Shown: positions 10,150 through 20,095, numbered from the stretch's first letter. The stretch: 64,000 nt of DNA from an uncultured delta proteobacterium (GCA_963806835.1 CAWEAR010000013.1:16901-80900); one strand, 5' to 3'. Made by a program: numbers and translations. Notes: generated by a model from the letters alone, not told the origin.

Positions 10150-11457
10150 TAAAGGTTCTTCAGTCGGTTCATCAGGACTCAGATTTGAATCAGCAGCACC
10201 GTCTAAAGGCGGTACTGCAAATTTTTGGCTTGAACCGGCGGTTAAAGAAATAAGTTTTTCAGCATCTTCTCCGGTTATACCCATAGAATGAACAAGATCA
10301 TCCGCTGAAGCTTTGCTGATCTCTTCAGCAGAGAAAAAACCGTGTTCATATAAAGAATCAGCCATACTGATGCTCATTCCGGGTAATTCCATCAGAGAAT
10401 TGTATGCATTCTGCATGGTTTTATTGTACTGATTTTCATTCTTCACATCAAGACGCCATTTTGTCAGTCTGGATGCCAGTCTGACATTTTGCCCGCCTTT
10501 GCCGATAGCAATGGAGAGAAATTCATCAGGAACAATAACTTCCATGGAACGGTTATCTTCGTCAATAATCACTCTTGAAATTTCAGCCGGAGCCAGAGCG
10601 CTGCATACAAATTTTGCAGGATCAGAATGCCACGGAATAATATCTATTTTTTCACCTCTAAGCTCCTGAACAACACTCTGTACCCGGCTCCCTTTCATCC
10701 CTACACATGCGCCTACCGGGTCTATATCAGCGTCATTTGAAACCACAGCAATTTTTGAACGGCTTCCGGGATCACGGACAACTCCCATTATATTAACAAT
10801 CCCTTCACTGATTTCAGGTACCTCTGTTTTAAAAAGGCTTACCAGAAATTCAGGATGAGACCTTGAAAGAATTACCTGTGGACCCCGTGAGTCATGACGG
10901 ACATCCATAATGTATGCTCTTATGCGGTCTCCGCGGCGGTAGGTCTCTTTTGCGACCTGCTCTTTTTCCGCCATAATTCCTTCTGTCTGCCCCAGACTGA
11001 CAATAATATCATTCCGTTCAAATCTCTGAACAATACCGTTTATGATTTCACCTTTTCTGCCGATAAAACCGGAATAGACTGTATCTCTCTCCGCCTCTTT
11101 CATTTTCTGAATGATAACCTGTTTTGCGGACTGTGCGGCAATTCTTCCGAAAGTGCCGGTATCTGTTTTTATACCGATACTGTCGCCGATTTCACATTCA
11201 GAATCGAGCTTTTTACCTTCTTCAAGAGACATCTGAAGCTCCGGCTCGGTAATCACTTCTGCAACCTCTTTGAACTGAAAAACTTCAATTTCGCCGCTCT
11301 CTTCGTTGTATTTTACTTCAATATCAATTTTATTTCCGAATTTTTTTTTCGCAGCAGATTTTATCGCCTCTTCAACCGCTTTTATAAGGAGATTGCTGTC
11401 AATCCCTTTATCACGGCTGACCTGCTCGACAACGCGTTTCACATCTTTTATAAGCAT
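10003..11457 (-). CDS. nusA: Transcription termination/antitermination factor NusA with a repeat-derived C-terminal tail
   Basis: The N-terminal domain, S1, two KH domains (GACVGMKGSRVQSV, AIGKGGQNVRLAS) and an HhH region are all recognisable. The last approximately 60 codons lie inside the 36-bp array. Confidence 0.9.
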   Translation of the reverse strand: MLIKDVKRVVEQVSRDKGIDSNLLIKAVEEAIKSAAKKKFGNKIDIEVKYNEESGEIEVFQFKEVAEVITEPELQMSLEEGKKLDSECEIGDSIGIKTDTGTFGRIAAQSAKQVIIQKMKEAERDTVYSGFIGRKGEIINGIVQRFERNDIIVSLGQTEGIMAEKEQVAKETYRRGDRIRAYIMDVRHDSRGPQVILSRSHPEFLVSLFKTEVPEISEGIVNIMGVVRDPGSRSKIAVVSNDADIDPVGACVGMKGSRVQSVVQELRGEKIDIIPWHSDPAKFVCSALAPAEISRVIIDEDNRSMEVIVPDEFLSIAIGKGGQNVRLASRLTKWRLDVKNENQYNKTMQNAYNSLMELPGMSISMADSLYEHGFFSAEEISKASADDLVHSMGITGEDAEKLISLTAGSSQKFAVPPLDGAADSNLSPDEPTEEPLSSLLSAVPPEGGAESLSAALPEGVAESMSAVPPSGGASFVRSTAFRRC

Positions 11458-11579
11458 CTGTTTTTTTTCCTGTATTTTTATAATATCATCCTGAAATCAT
11501 CACAGCACAGATCAGATTAAAAAAACAGATCTGCATATTATAATTGAAAAATTTCCGGCTCATAAATCATGATCTGCTT

Positions 11580-12145
11580 TCATAAAGACTGATAATTGAC
11601 CAGCCGGGCTTTGGTGATTTCCTGAAAAGGAATGGAGATAATTTTTTCATTAACTTTAATAAAAACAGTCCCTTCCGATATTCCCTGTAAAACGCCGTGA
11701 AATTTTTTCTGCCCTTCAATCGGCTTAACTGTCCTGATTTTTGCAATATTACCCTTAAATTTTTCAAAGTCTCCCTCCTTTCCCAAAGGACGGTTTATCC
11801 CCGGTGAAGATACTTCCAGAGAATATCCGACATCAGGCATTGTAATACAGACATCTAAAAGATCGTCTAATTGCCGGCTGATACGGACGCAGTCATCTAA
11901 TAAAACACCTCCGGGCTTGTCTATATAAAGACGGAGAACTCTCCCCCGGGTTCCCGCTGATATTCCACATGAACCAGTTCCATCCCCTCAGATTCACATA
12001 ATGGCTCGGCTATCAGTCTGATATCGTCAGTCTTTATGACGGGGGTCCTGTTTTTTTCAGCAGAAACAACCGGAGCATTTATTCCATTCTCTTTTACCGG
12101 AGGTCTCTCTTTTTTTATATCCGGTTTTTTTCTTTTTGAACTCAT
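11580..12145 (-). CDS. rimP: Ribosome maturation factor RimP, two ORFs with one frame break (about 11850-11940)
   Basis: IAEPLCESEGMELVHVEYQREPGG(.)VLRLYIDKPGG continues into ...YSLEVSSPGINRPL...FKGNIAKIRT. The gene lies upstream of nusA, as is canonical. Confidence 0.8.
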
Positions 12146-12390
12146 TTTCTTATGGTATCCTGAAAAAATAAAAAACGGGCAGATGCCCGTTTTACACTCA
12201 GTAAACCTTTTGTCGCGGATATTGAATAGTTATCTGTTCATAAAAATAACCGTACGAAAAAAATAATCGCAATTCACTCTTAATAATCTTCTTCATTTTT
12301 CAGAATGTCGGGTTACGCTCCGCTACGTGAAAAATGATAAAAGAGAGAAAGATTTACCTAAACCGCATCTGCTTCCGAAGAATCTGAAAC

Positions 12391-12459
12391 AAAAGCTCGT
12401 AGTACCGCCTTTAGGCGGTTGACGTGAATAACCGCCTAAAGGCGGTACTACGAACTTTT
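12391..12459. repeat. Family-1 REP-like double hairpin
   Basis: AAAGCTCGTAGTACCGCCTTTAGGCGGT-TGACGTGAATA-ACCGCCTAAAGGCGGTACTACGAACTTTT. Confidence 0.85.
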
Positions 12460-12502
12460 ACAAGTTTCCGATCTGCTTAACATATCTGCTGTAAAAAAAA
12501 TT

Positions 12503-12578
12503 TGGAGCGGGCAACGAGATTCGGACTCGCGACCCCAAGCTTGGGAAGCTTGTGCTCTACCAACTGAGCTATGCCCGC
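12503..12578 (-). tRNA. tRNA-Gly (anticodon CCC), CCA encoded
   Basis: The reverse complement GCGGGCAUAGCUCAGUUGGUAGAGCACAAGCUUCCCAAGCUUGGGGUCGCGAGUCCGAAUCUCGUUGCCCGCUCCA folds as a cloverleaf: 7-bp acceptor, 4-bp D stem, anticodon stem CAAGC/GCUUG with loop UUCCCAA, and discriminator U73 typical of Gly. The T-loop reads UCCGAAU instead of UUCGAAU (C at position 55). Confidence 0.85.
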
Positions 12579-12594
12579 TTGCAAGTTTCATACT

Positions 12595-12622
12595 ATTTAT
12601 GATAAAAAAATTTTTTTGTCAA
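12595..12622 (-). promoter_or_regulatory. Candidate sigma70-type promoter for tRNA-Gly
   Basis: On the minus strand: TTGACA (12622-12617), a 16-nt spacer, then ATAAAT (12600-12595), about 16 nt upstream of the tRNA 5' end. Confidence 0.4.
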
Positions 12623-12650
12623 TATTTTTAATTGTAAATTTATAACCCTT

Positions 12651-12680
12651 TTGACAACCCGGTATAAAGTAGCGTATGAT
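12651..12680 (+). promoter_or_regulatory. Candidate sigma70-type promoter for mltG
   Basis: TTGACA (12651-12656), an 18-nt spacer, then TATGAT (12675-12680), about 100 nt upstream of the TTG start. A GGAG Shine-Dalgarno lies at 12768-12771. Confidence 0.4.
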
Positions 12681-12780
12681 ATTGGGAATCGGTAATGCTG
12701 TCAAAGGCGGGCTGCCAAGTTTCAGAGACTTGGGAACTCTTTAAGCATATTAACCAAATATAAAAAACGGAGAAATAAAA

Positions 12781-13794
12781 TTGAAAAAATTTTTTATCAT
12801 CATTTCTATATCTGCTGCCGCGGGTATTTTTCTTTTCATTTCATATTTTCTGGCAGATTTGTTCTTTATATATGCAGATAAACCTGTTAATACAGATAAA
12901 ACAGAGAGAATAATGATTGTCAGCAGGGGACAGAAATTTGAAACAGCCGCAGAGCGTCTGTACGAAATAGGTATTATAGATAATCCTTTTAAGTTTAAAT
13001 GGTTTGCACGTCTCAAAGGGTATGACAAAAAGATAAGAGCCGGAGAATACGGATTTTTTTCTTCTATGTCCCCTGCCGAGATACTGAAAGACATGATCAG
13101 CGGAAAGGTAAGGCTATGTAAACTGACTATTCCTGAAGGGTATTCCATGTATCAGATTGCCGATTTGACAGCCTCGGAAGGATTTGGAACAAAAGCAGAT
13201 TTTTTAAAGGCTGCAACTGACCCGGCTTTTGTTCACAAACAGGGGATTGATGCAGAAACAGTTGAAGGGTATCTTTTCCCGGATACTTATTATTTTCCGA
13301 AAAATATCCAGCCGAAACAGATCATATTTTCAATGGTAAAAAATTTCCGGACAGTATTTATTCCTGAATGGCAAAGGCAGACAAATGACATGGGATTTTC
13401 AATTCATGAAATTGTAACCCTTGCATCTATTATTGAAAAAGAGACAGGAGACCCATCTGAACGTCCTCTTATTTCATCTGTTTTTCATAACCGTTTAAAG
13501 AAAAAAATGCGTCTTGAAAGCGACCCCACCGTGATTTACGATATAAAAGATTTTGACGGCAATGTGAAACGGATACATCTTGATAAATCAACTCCCTATA
13601 ATACCTATAAAATAAAGGGACTGCCGCCGGGACCTATTTCAAATCCAGGACGTGAATCAATAGAAGCCGCGATTTATCCGTCAGATACAGGTTTTCTTTT
13701 TTTTGTTTCAAGGGGTAACGGTACTCATGAGTTTACGACAAGTTTGGGAGAGCATAACAGAGCAGTAAAAAAATATCAGTTGGGCAATAAATAA
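12781..13794 (+). CDS. mltG: Endolytic murein transglycosylase MltG (YceG-like)
   Basis: N-terminal TM helix, then ...ASIIEKETG...ERPLISSVFHNRLKKKMRLESDPTVIY...YNTYKIKGLPPGPISNPG..., which are characteristic YceG motifs. Confidence 0.85.
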   Translation: MKKFFIIISISAAAGIFLFISYFLADLFFIYADKPVNTDKTERIMIVSRGQKFETAAERLYEIGIIDNPFKFKWFARLKGYDKKIRAGEYGFFSSMSPAEILKDMISGKVRLCKLTIPEGYSMYQIADLTASEGFGTKADFLKAATDPAFVHKQGIDAETVEGYLFPDTYYFPKNIQPKQIIFSMVKNFRTVFIPEWQRQTNDMGFSIHEIVTLASIIEKETGDPSERPLISSVFHNRLKKKMRLESDPTVIYDIKDFDGNVKRIHLDKSTPYNTYKIKGLPPGPISNPGRESIEAAIYPSDTGFLFFVSRGNGTHEFTTSLGEHNRAVKKYQLGNK

Positions 13795-13940
13795 TACCGG
13801 ACTTACGCAATGTGCAACTTTTAATTTTTTAACCACAAAGGACACAAAGTTTTCACAAAGTTTTGTGTCCTTTGTGCTTTCTTTGTGTCCTTTGCGGTAA
13901 AAAGTTACATATAGCACGAACTTATGAAGTTTTATAACTG

Positions 13941-14098
13941 TAGAAGTTACGCATTTGGAATTTTTGCATCGTAAAAATGAACCGCAAAGGGCGCAGAGTT
14001 CTCCGCAAAGGGCGCAAAGTTTTAAAACATATCTTTGCGTAACTTTGCGATATTTGCGGTTAAATAAAAAAATGAATTTCAACTGCGCAACTCATAAA
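13941..14098. repeat. Family-4 MITE-like element (GTTACGCA terminal inverted repeats, internal CGCAAAG repeats)
   Basis: An inverted near-copy lies at 62391-62524 and a partial copy at 15076-15118. Related CACAAAG/CGCAAAG tracts occur at 13830-13900, 25270-25300, 45880-45905, 53145-53180 and 61215-61275. Confidence 0.8.
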
Positions 14099-14152
14099 CT
14101 GAAAGAAACTAAGTCTTTCAAAAAACTTGGCTTCTCTTTTTAAAGGAAAATT

Positions 14153-14811
14153 ATGAGAATAACCGATGAGATATTTCAGGTTGGCGGAGGGAAACTGACT
14201 TCATATCAGGATGCCGCTGTTTATCTGATCAATTTTGACGGACATGCGGCACTTATAGATGCCGGCTGCGGCGATTCTTTGAATAAACTGCTGAAAAATA
14301 TCAGATTATGCGGCGTTGAACCGGAGCATATAGAGTATGTTCTGATCACTCACTGTCATTTTGACCATACCGGCGGCGTCAGTGCTTTGAAGGAAAAAAT
14401 TCCATGTAAAATTGTCTGTCATGAAAAAGACGCCCGGTTTCTTGAACAGGGGGATAATGAAGTAACTGCCGCAGCATGGTATGGAGCAGAAATTCAGCCT
14501 TTTACTGTTGACAGAAAATTAACCGGTGACAGGGAAGATATTCATTTAGGGGAGAGAATAATTCAGGCAATCCATGTTCCGGGGCATTCTCCGGGATCAG
14601 TGGTTTACATGACTGAATCAAATGGATTAAAAGTGCTTTTTGCCCAGGATGTTCACGGTCCCTGCATCCGGGTCTTCTTTCTGATAAAGAAGATTATCTT
14701 TATTCGCTGAGCCTGATGATCTCACTTGAAGCAGATATTCTTTGTGAAGGTCATTACGGGATTTATGAGGGAAAAGATGAGGTCAAAGATTTTATTGAAT
14801 CATTTATGTAA
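14153..14811 (+). CDS. MBL-fold metallo-hydrolase; frame break near 14665
   Basis: Contains the HCHFDHTGG (HxHxDH) motif. After FAQDVHGP a second frame continues ...SLMISLEADILCEGHYGIYEGKDEVKDFIESFM* and ends at 14811. Confidence 0.7.
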
Positions 14812-14993
14812 TGAAAATTTCAGGTTCGTTTAAGTTAAGTTTTGAGTTTGGATTTTAAAATATTAAGTATCAAGGATTCCTACAATTTTTAAAACCTGAA
14901 ACCTGAAACTTAAAACCCAAAACTTAATTCCCGTAGAATCTGATTTGACAAAAACAGATATTTGTTCTAATTTTTAAATTGTCTGAATCAGTA

Positions 14994-15074
14994 CCGTAGG
15001 TCGGGGTGAATGAAATGAACCCCGACAAGAATAAACAACTGTTGGGGTTCATTTCATTCATCCTAACCTATGGG
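14994..15074. repeat. Family-2 palindromic element (CCGTAGGTYGGGGTGAATGAAATGAACCCCGAC...)
   Basis: Nested inverted repeat. Other copies are at 25186-25264, 44209-44313, 44678-44713 (half) and a variant at 43481-43566. Confidence 0.85.
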
Positions 15075-15123
15075 ATTTACGGTTAAATAAAAAAAGCGGT
15101 TTTCAACTGCGTAACTCCTGATA

Positions 15124-15248
15124 TTAACCCAAGTTGCCACCTATGCTCCTGCCGGATTGACAAATCCGGCAGGGGGTTCGGATTTGTCAATCTTCCACCG
15201 GGCAGGGGGAGACTATTTTTTCAACAGGTCGCAACTTGGGTTAATATT
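15124..15248. repeat. MITE-like element with about 20-bp terminal inverted repeats (TATTAACCCAAGTTGC.ACCT)
   Basis: ATTAACCCAAGTTGCCACCT at the left end and AGGTCGCAACTTGGGTTAATATT at the right end. Internal hairpins CCGGATTGACAAATCCGG and GGATTTGTCAATC. Confidence 0.6.
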
Positions 15249-15268
15249 ATTACGATGGAAAAAATTTT

Positions 15269-16278
15269 GTGCAAAATAATATAAACATAAAAGATAAGAT
15301 ATTGAAGTTCATGCTGTATCTGATATGCTGTTTTATTTTTCAGATACTTATATCGGGGACTGCTTTTTTTCGGATTGCCGAAGCAAAAAAACCTGAGCTT
15401 GTGGATCGGATTATTGCTGTAGTAAATGAAGATATTATTTCACTTTTTGAACTGAATCAGATGGCAAAACCTTACAGCGACAAAATCCGATCCATGGGAT
15501 ACCCGGAGGATAAAGCAAAAGAAATGCTCCTGAAAATCCGGGAGGATATTCTTAACCAGCTTATTGATCAGAAACTTACAGATCAGGAGATCAGGCGGAG
15601 GGGAATAACGGTTTCTGAAAAAGAGACGGATAGCGCTATAGAGCGTCTGCTTAAAGATGCCAATCTGCGCAGCAGTGAGGAACTGGAAAAAGCATTGTTA
15701 AAAGAGGGGCTTACACTTGAGGAATACCGGCAGAAGATAAAGGAGCAGATACTCAGGGGCAGATTAGTCAACACTGAAATAAAAGCCGGAATTGTTATTA
15801 CCAAAGAAGATATAAAGGCATATTATGAAAGCCATCATGATGAATATGAAGGGGAAAAAAAATATCACCTCAGAAATATTATTATGAAAAAAGAAGATTC
15901 AGGGAATGTCAAAAAGAAAATGGAAGATGTGCTGAATAAGCTGAAGTCAGGTGAATCTTTTGAAAAAACGGCTAAAAAATACTCTGAAACATTGGCTGAA
16001 GAAGGGGCGATCTCGGATCCTTTAAATTTGATGAACTCTCCCCTCAGATTCAGGATGCAGTAAAAGGGTTGAAAGATGGTGAGTTCAGCGGTATTCTGGA
16101 TACAGATATAGGATATCAGATATTTTTTGTTCAGGAGATTATTAAAGAGAAAGGAAAGTCCCTTGAAGATGCGTCATCTGAAATTCAGGATAAACTTTTT
16201 AATGAAATCGTGGATAAAAAATTTCAGTCATGGGTTGAAGAGCTTCGTAAAAAATCCTATATAAAGATTATGCTGTAG
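15269..16278 (+). CDS. SurA-like periplasmic chaperone / parvulin PPIase; frame break about 16010-16070
   Basis: Signal/TM region, then a SurA N-domain-like region (DRIIAVVNEDIISLFEL...). After the break the reading continues DLGSFKFDELSPQIQDAVKGLKDGEFSGILDTDIGYQIFFVQEI (rotamase C-terminus). Confidence 0.7.
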
Positions 16279-16326
16279 ATAGGATGTTTCTTCCCACGCG
16301 AAGCGTCAATGTTATTAAGTTAAAAT

Positions 16327-16410
16327 AACCTAACCCCCTGCCCCTTCCCTGAAAAGGGGAGAATCGTCCTTCTCTTTCTCCCCCTTCCCTTCAGGGCAGG
16401 GGGTTAGGTT
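16327..16410. repeat. Family-5 palindromic element
   Basis: AACCTAACCCCCTGCCCCTTCCCTGAAAAGGGGA...CCCCTTCCCTTCAGGGCAGGGGGTTAGGTT. Confidence 0.8.
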
Positions 16411-16527
16411 TTTATTAATGGCATTGACGTGAATCGCGGAAACGGAAAAAAATTTCCCCAATTTAATCAGAAAGGAAACGGCGTCTTTTCTTCCGCCCTA
16501 TGCGGGAGTCTCTGCGCCTGTCAGAAG

Positions 16528-17785
16528 ATGGATAACGAAAAAAAATCACTTTCATTTGGAAATTATCTTAAAACGATACGGCTTGAAAAAGAAATCCGTC
16601 TTGAAGATATTTCAGACAAGACACGGATAAGAATGCAGACCCTTAATTATATCGAGAATGAAGAGCTTTATAATCTTCCGGAAGAGGTTTTTGTCAAAGG
16701 ATTTCTGCGCGCCTATGCAAAGGTTGTGGGCGCAGACGGCGATGAAGCTGTAAAACTTTATCTGTCAAGTCTTTACAGTGAAATAAGAAAAGAGAAGTCT
16801 GAAATTGAAGGATATTCTGTTCAGAATCCGGAAACTGCGGAGACTTCGCCTGATAACAGGAAGGACTTCAAAACTGAGACAAAGTACATAAAAAAGGAGT
16901 CTTCGGAAACTGAATCTGATAACAGGGTGGTTCCCAAAGCAGAACCTGAGAAAAAAGAGATTTCCAGGGTCCGACCCTGAAAAAAAAGGAAAGAAAGAGA
17001 CCGGCGATAAAGGGAAGAAATTTTTTGAAAATAAAGTAAAAAAAGAGACAGGTAACAGGGGAAAGAAAACAGATGAAAGTAAAGAGAGTTCTCAAACCGG
17101 ATCTGATAACGGGACTGAAAATAAAGGCAGGAATAAGTTTATTTTTTATCTGATAATTATGGGAATATTGTCATGTCTGATTACCCTGTCTGTATTTTTA
17201 ATCTTTGCTTTTCAGAATAAGAATACAGATAATAATTACCCGGTTATTAATGAAAATAATGATGCTCCTCTGTCAGAAACTCCGGTGATCCGTGACAGCA
17301 CCGAAGATGCCGGTTCAGAGATTATTCAGAATCATGAAAATCAGGTACCTTCTCCTGAAAAGAAAAATGATTCGCCTGCACAGGGAACAACGGAGCAGTC
17401 CGGCAATCAGAAATTTTCAGGCGGGAATACAACCCCTGATAAGCCTCCTGAACAGGAATCAGTTGTTCAGAATGTCATTGCGCCGGAGAGCGAAAATGTA
17501 CAGGATATATCAAATAAGAATTCAGGCTCTAAGAAAGCATCTTCTGAAAAATTAGTGCTGAAGATAAACGCAGTTGAAAAAACATGGATGAGGGTTGTTA
17601 TAGATGATAAGGATACAAAAGATTATATCCTGAATCCCGGAGATAACCGGGAGGTTGAAGCATTGTCAGGTTTTCAACTGACAATCGGCAACGTAAAAGG
17701 AGTTAATCTGATGTTAAATGATGCTCCAGTCTCTCTTTCCGGTGAACGGGGCAGCGGAGGGGTGTTAAAAATGAAGATTCCTTAA
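16528..17785 (+). CDS. rodZ: RodZ-like cytoskeleton protein (HTH + TM + DUF4115); frame break(s) about 16975-17150
   Basis: N-terminal XRE-type HTH (FGNYLKTIRLEKEIRLEDISDKTRIRMQTLNYIENEE...VFVKGFLRAYAKVVG), a TM helix (ILSCLITLSVFLIFAF), a P/E/S-rich linker, and a C-terminal DUF4115-like segment (LKINAVEKTWMRVVIDD...GNVKGVNLMLND). Confidence 0.65.
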
Positions 17786-18174
17786 AACAATAAAGACCTA
17801 AGAAAAACCATTAGGGTTTATAAACAAAGGATTAAAAGTCGGAGGTAAAATACGGAAACAGAAAATTTTATAAGACCGGGAAGGAAAATTGCCCGGGCAC
17901 CTGAACAGAAATCAGTCTTTGATGAATTTGACGCAACAGAACTTTATTGTCCTAAATGCCGTGCACGGTTCCTGTGCGGAAGCATCTTCTGCTGATTCTT
18001 CCTGAAGGTGAAAAATACGAATATCGGTGTGTTTTTTGTGCGGAGTCTGTCGGAACAAAACTTGCCAAAAACGTAGGGGCAAATAATTATTTGCCCCTAC
18101 AGATTATTCTTTGATTATAAAACAAATCTCTTTAAAGAGATTTAGATTACTTAAAAAAACAGAGGTGAATTATA

Positions 18175-20082
18175 ATGCTCAAATTTATGCGCGTGTATGC
18201 TACAAGCTGGTTTATCAAGTTTATTCTTGGTGCAATCGTGATTGTTTTTGTCTTCTGGGGTGTCGGAAATTTCGGTGCGCAGAAGGTCAACAGAGCCGCT
18301 ACAGTCAACGGTGATATTATCACCCAGACAGAATACAGCAATGCCTTTAAAAATCTTATTGAACGGTACCGTCAGAATTTCGGCAGTAATTTTAACAATG
18401 ATATGATTGAAAGGTTCAATATAAAACAGCAGGCATTGGATGGTCTTATAGATCAGAAACTTCTCCTTCAGGAAGCGGCAAGACTTAATTTCAAGGTTTC
18501 AGAAAAAGAGATGATTGATGCTATCACAAAAATGGATGCCTTTAAAGAGAACGGTGTATTTGATAAGGTACGTTACAGAAAACTCCTGACCAACTACCGG
18601 ACGTCGCCCGGAGAATTTGAGACTGCCCAGAAGGAATCCATGACAGAGCAGAAGCTCAGGTCATTCATTTCCAACAGTGTCAGAGTATCGGATCAGGAAG
18701 TAAAGGAATGGTTTGAATGGGAGAACAGATCGATCAGCATTGAATACACGCTGTTTGAGCCTGAAGCATATAAAAATATCGAACCCCCTTCAGATGAAGA
18801 TGTTAAGGCTTTTTTTGAAAAAAATAAAGATAACTATAAAACAGAGCCTAAAGTAAAGGCACAGTTTTTATATTTTAATCCTGAGACTTATAAGTCAGAT
18901 ACAGCAACAGACGATGCTGAGATGCAGGATTATTATGATGAACATCCTGAAGAATTTAAGATACCTAAGAGTGTCAAGGCACGCCATATTCTTATAAAAA
19001 CAGAAAAGGATGAAAAACCGGAATCTGTTGAAAAGAAAAAGCAGAAGGCACTTGATGTTTTGAAGATGCTAAAAGAAGAGGGGAAAGATTTTGCAGCGGT
19101 TGCAAAAGAATATTCAGAAGACCCGGGAAGCAAAGTGAACGGCGGTGATCTGGGTGAGTTTACAAAGGAAAGGATGGTAAAGCCTTTTGCTGACAAGGCA
19201 TTCTCTATGCAGCCGGGTGAAATCAGCGAGCCTGTGCTTTCCCAGTTCGGATGGCATATTATCAAAGTTGAAAGCGTCAATGAAGAGAAGAATCCTTCTT
19301 TTGAGGAATCAAAAGAGAAGATTAAGAAAAAACTGACCGATGAAAAAGCAAAAAACATTGCTTATGAAAAGGCGGAAGCTCTTTATAATTTATGTTTTGA
19401 AGGGGATAATCTGGCAAAGATTGCAGAGAAAAACGGAATTCAGATCAATGTAACAGATACTTTTACCAGAAAGGGACCTGAAAAAGATGTGAAAAACCGC
19501 TATAAATTCGCATCTGCCGCGTTTGCTCTTGATGCAATGGGGATCAGCAGTATTCAGGATCTCGGAGACGCTTATTATATTATTCAGGTAACTGAAAAAA
19601 TACCGGAAGAAATATCTCCGTTTGGTGAGGTCAAAGAAAAGGTCTGGGCTGACATTATGGTAGAGAAAAAAGATGAAAAAGCAAAATCAGATACAGAGGC
19701 TTTTTTATCCGGTCTGAAAGAAGGTAAAGAATCTATGGATGATCTTTGCAAAAAATATAATGTAACCCTAAAAAGTACAGATTTTTTCAAGCGGAACGTT
19801 CAAATCCCTGATATTGGGTATGAGCGTGAAATTGCAGAGGCTGCGTTTAAGCTGTCAGAAGAGAAAAAATTGCCGGAAAAGGTATTCAAAGGAAAAAAAG
19901 GATATTATGTTATCCGGTTTAAAGAGAGCAAAGTGCCTGATGCCGGGGAGTTTGAAAAAGAGAAAAAAGCGGTAAAAGAGAAGTTGTTGCAGCAGAAAAA
20001 ATTTAAGGCGTTTACGACATGGCTGGCTCAGATCAGAGAGAAAAGCAAGGTTGAGGTTTTTGTTAATAACAACATCAATTAA
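18175..20082 (+). CDS. ppiD: Periplasmic chaperone PpiD (SurA-N / parvulin domain)
   Basis: N-terminal anchor [18 protein letters not shown] and a rotamase domain ARHILIK...[21 protein letters not shown]...GWHIIKV. Length 635 aa. Confidence 0.8.
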   Translation: MLKFMRVYATSWFIKFILGAIVIVFVFWGVGNFGAQKVNRAATVNGDIITQTEYSNAFKNLIERYRQNFGSNFNNDMIERFNIKQQALDGLIDQKLLLQEAARLNFKVSEKEMIDAITKMDAFKENGVFDKVRYRKLLTNYRTSPGEFETAQKESMTEQKLRSFISNSVRVSDQEVKEWFEWENRSISIEYTLFEPEAYKNIEPPSDEDVKAFFEKNKDNYKTEPKVKAQFLYFNPETYKSDTATDDAEMQDYYDEHPEEFKIPKSVKARHILIKTEKDEKPESVEKKKQKALDVLKMLKEEGKDFAAVAKEYSEDPGSKVNGGDLGEFTKERMVKPFADKAFSMQPGEISEPVLSQFGWHIIKVESVNEEKNPSFEESKEKIKKKLTDEKAKNIAYEKAEALYNLCFEGDNLAKIAEKNGIQINVTDTFTRKGPEKDVKNRYKFASAAFALDAMGISSIQDLGDAYYIIQVTEKIPEEISPFGEVKEKVWADIMVEKKDEKAKSDTEAFLSGLKEGKESMDDLCKKYNVTLKSTDFFKRNVQIPDIGYEREIAEAAFKLSEEKKLPEKVFKGKKGYYVIRFKESKVPDAGEFEKEKKAVKEKLLQQKKFKAFTTWLAQIREKSKVEVFVNNNIN

Positions 20083-20095
20083 GACCTGACCCATG

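Noticed and set aside
9846-10172. ORF of 108 aa (…CPQYRLKAVLSLCPQ…SAVPPSGGAESM…).
   Set aside because: It is an alternative-frame reading of the 36-bp array. It exists only because units of 34-35 bp shift the frame. It is not an independent gene.
13708-14082. ORFs composed of LCALCG/RKGRRV-type peptides (13708..14082 minus, 13955..14143 plus; similarly 444..662, 22088..22399, 26747..26962, 61190..61495).
   Set aside because: They are translations of Family-1, Family-4 or Family-6 repeat DNA in intergenic regions. The same peptides recur wherever the repeats occur.
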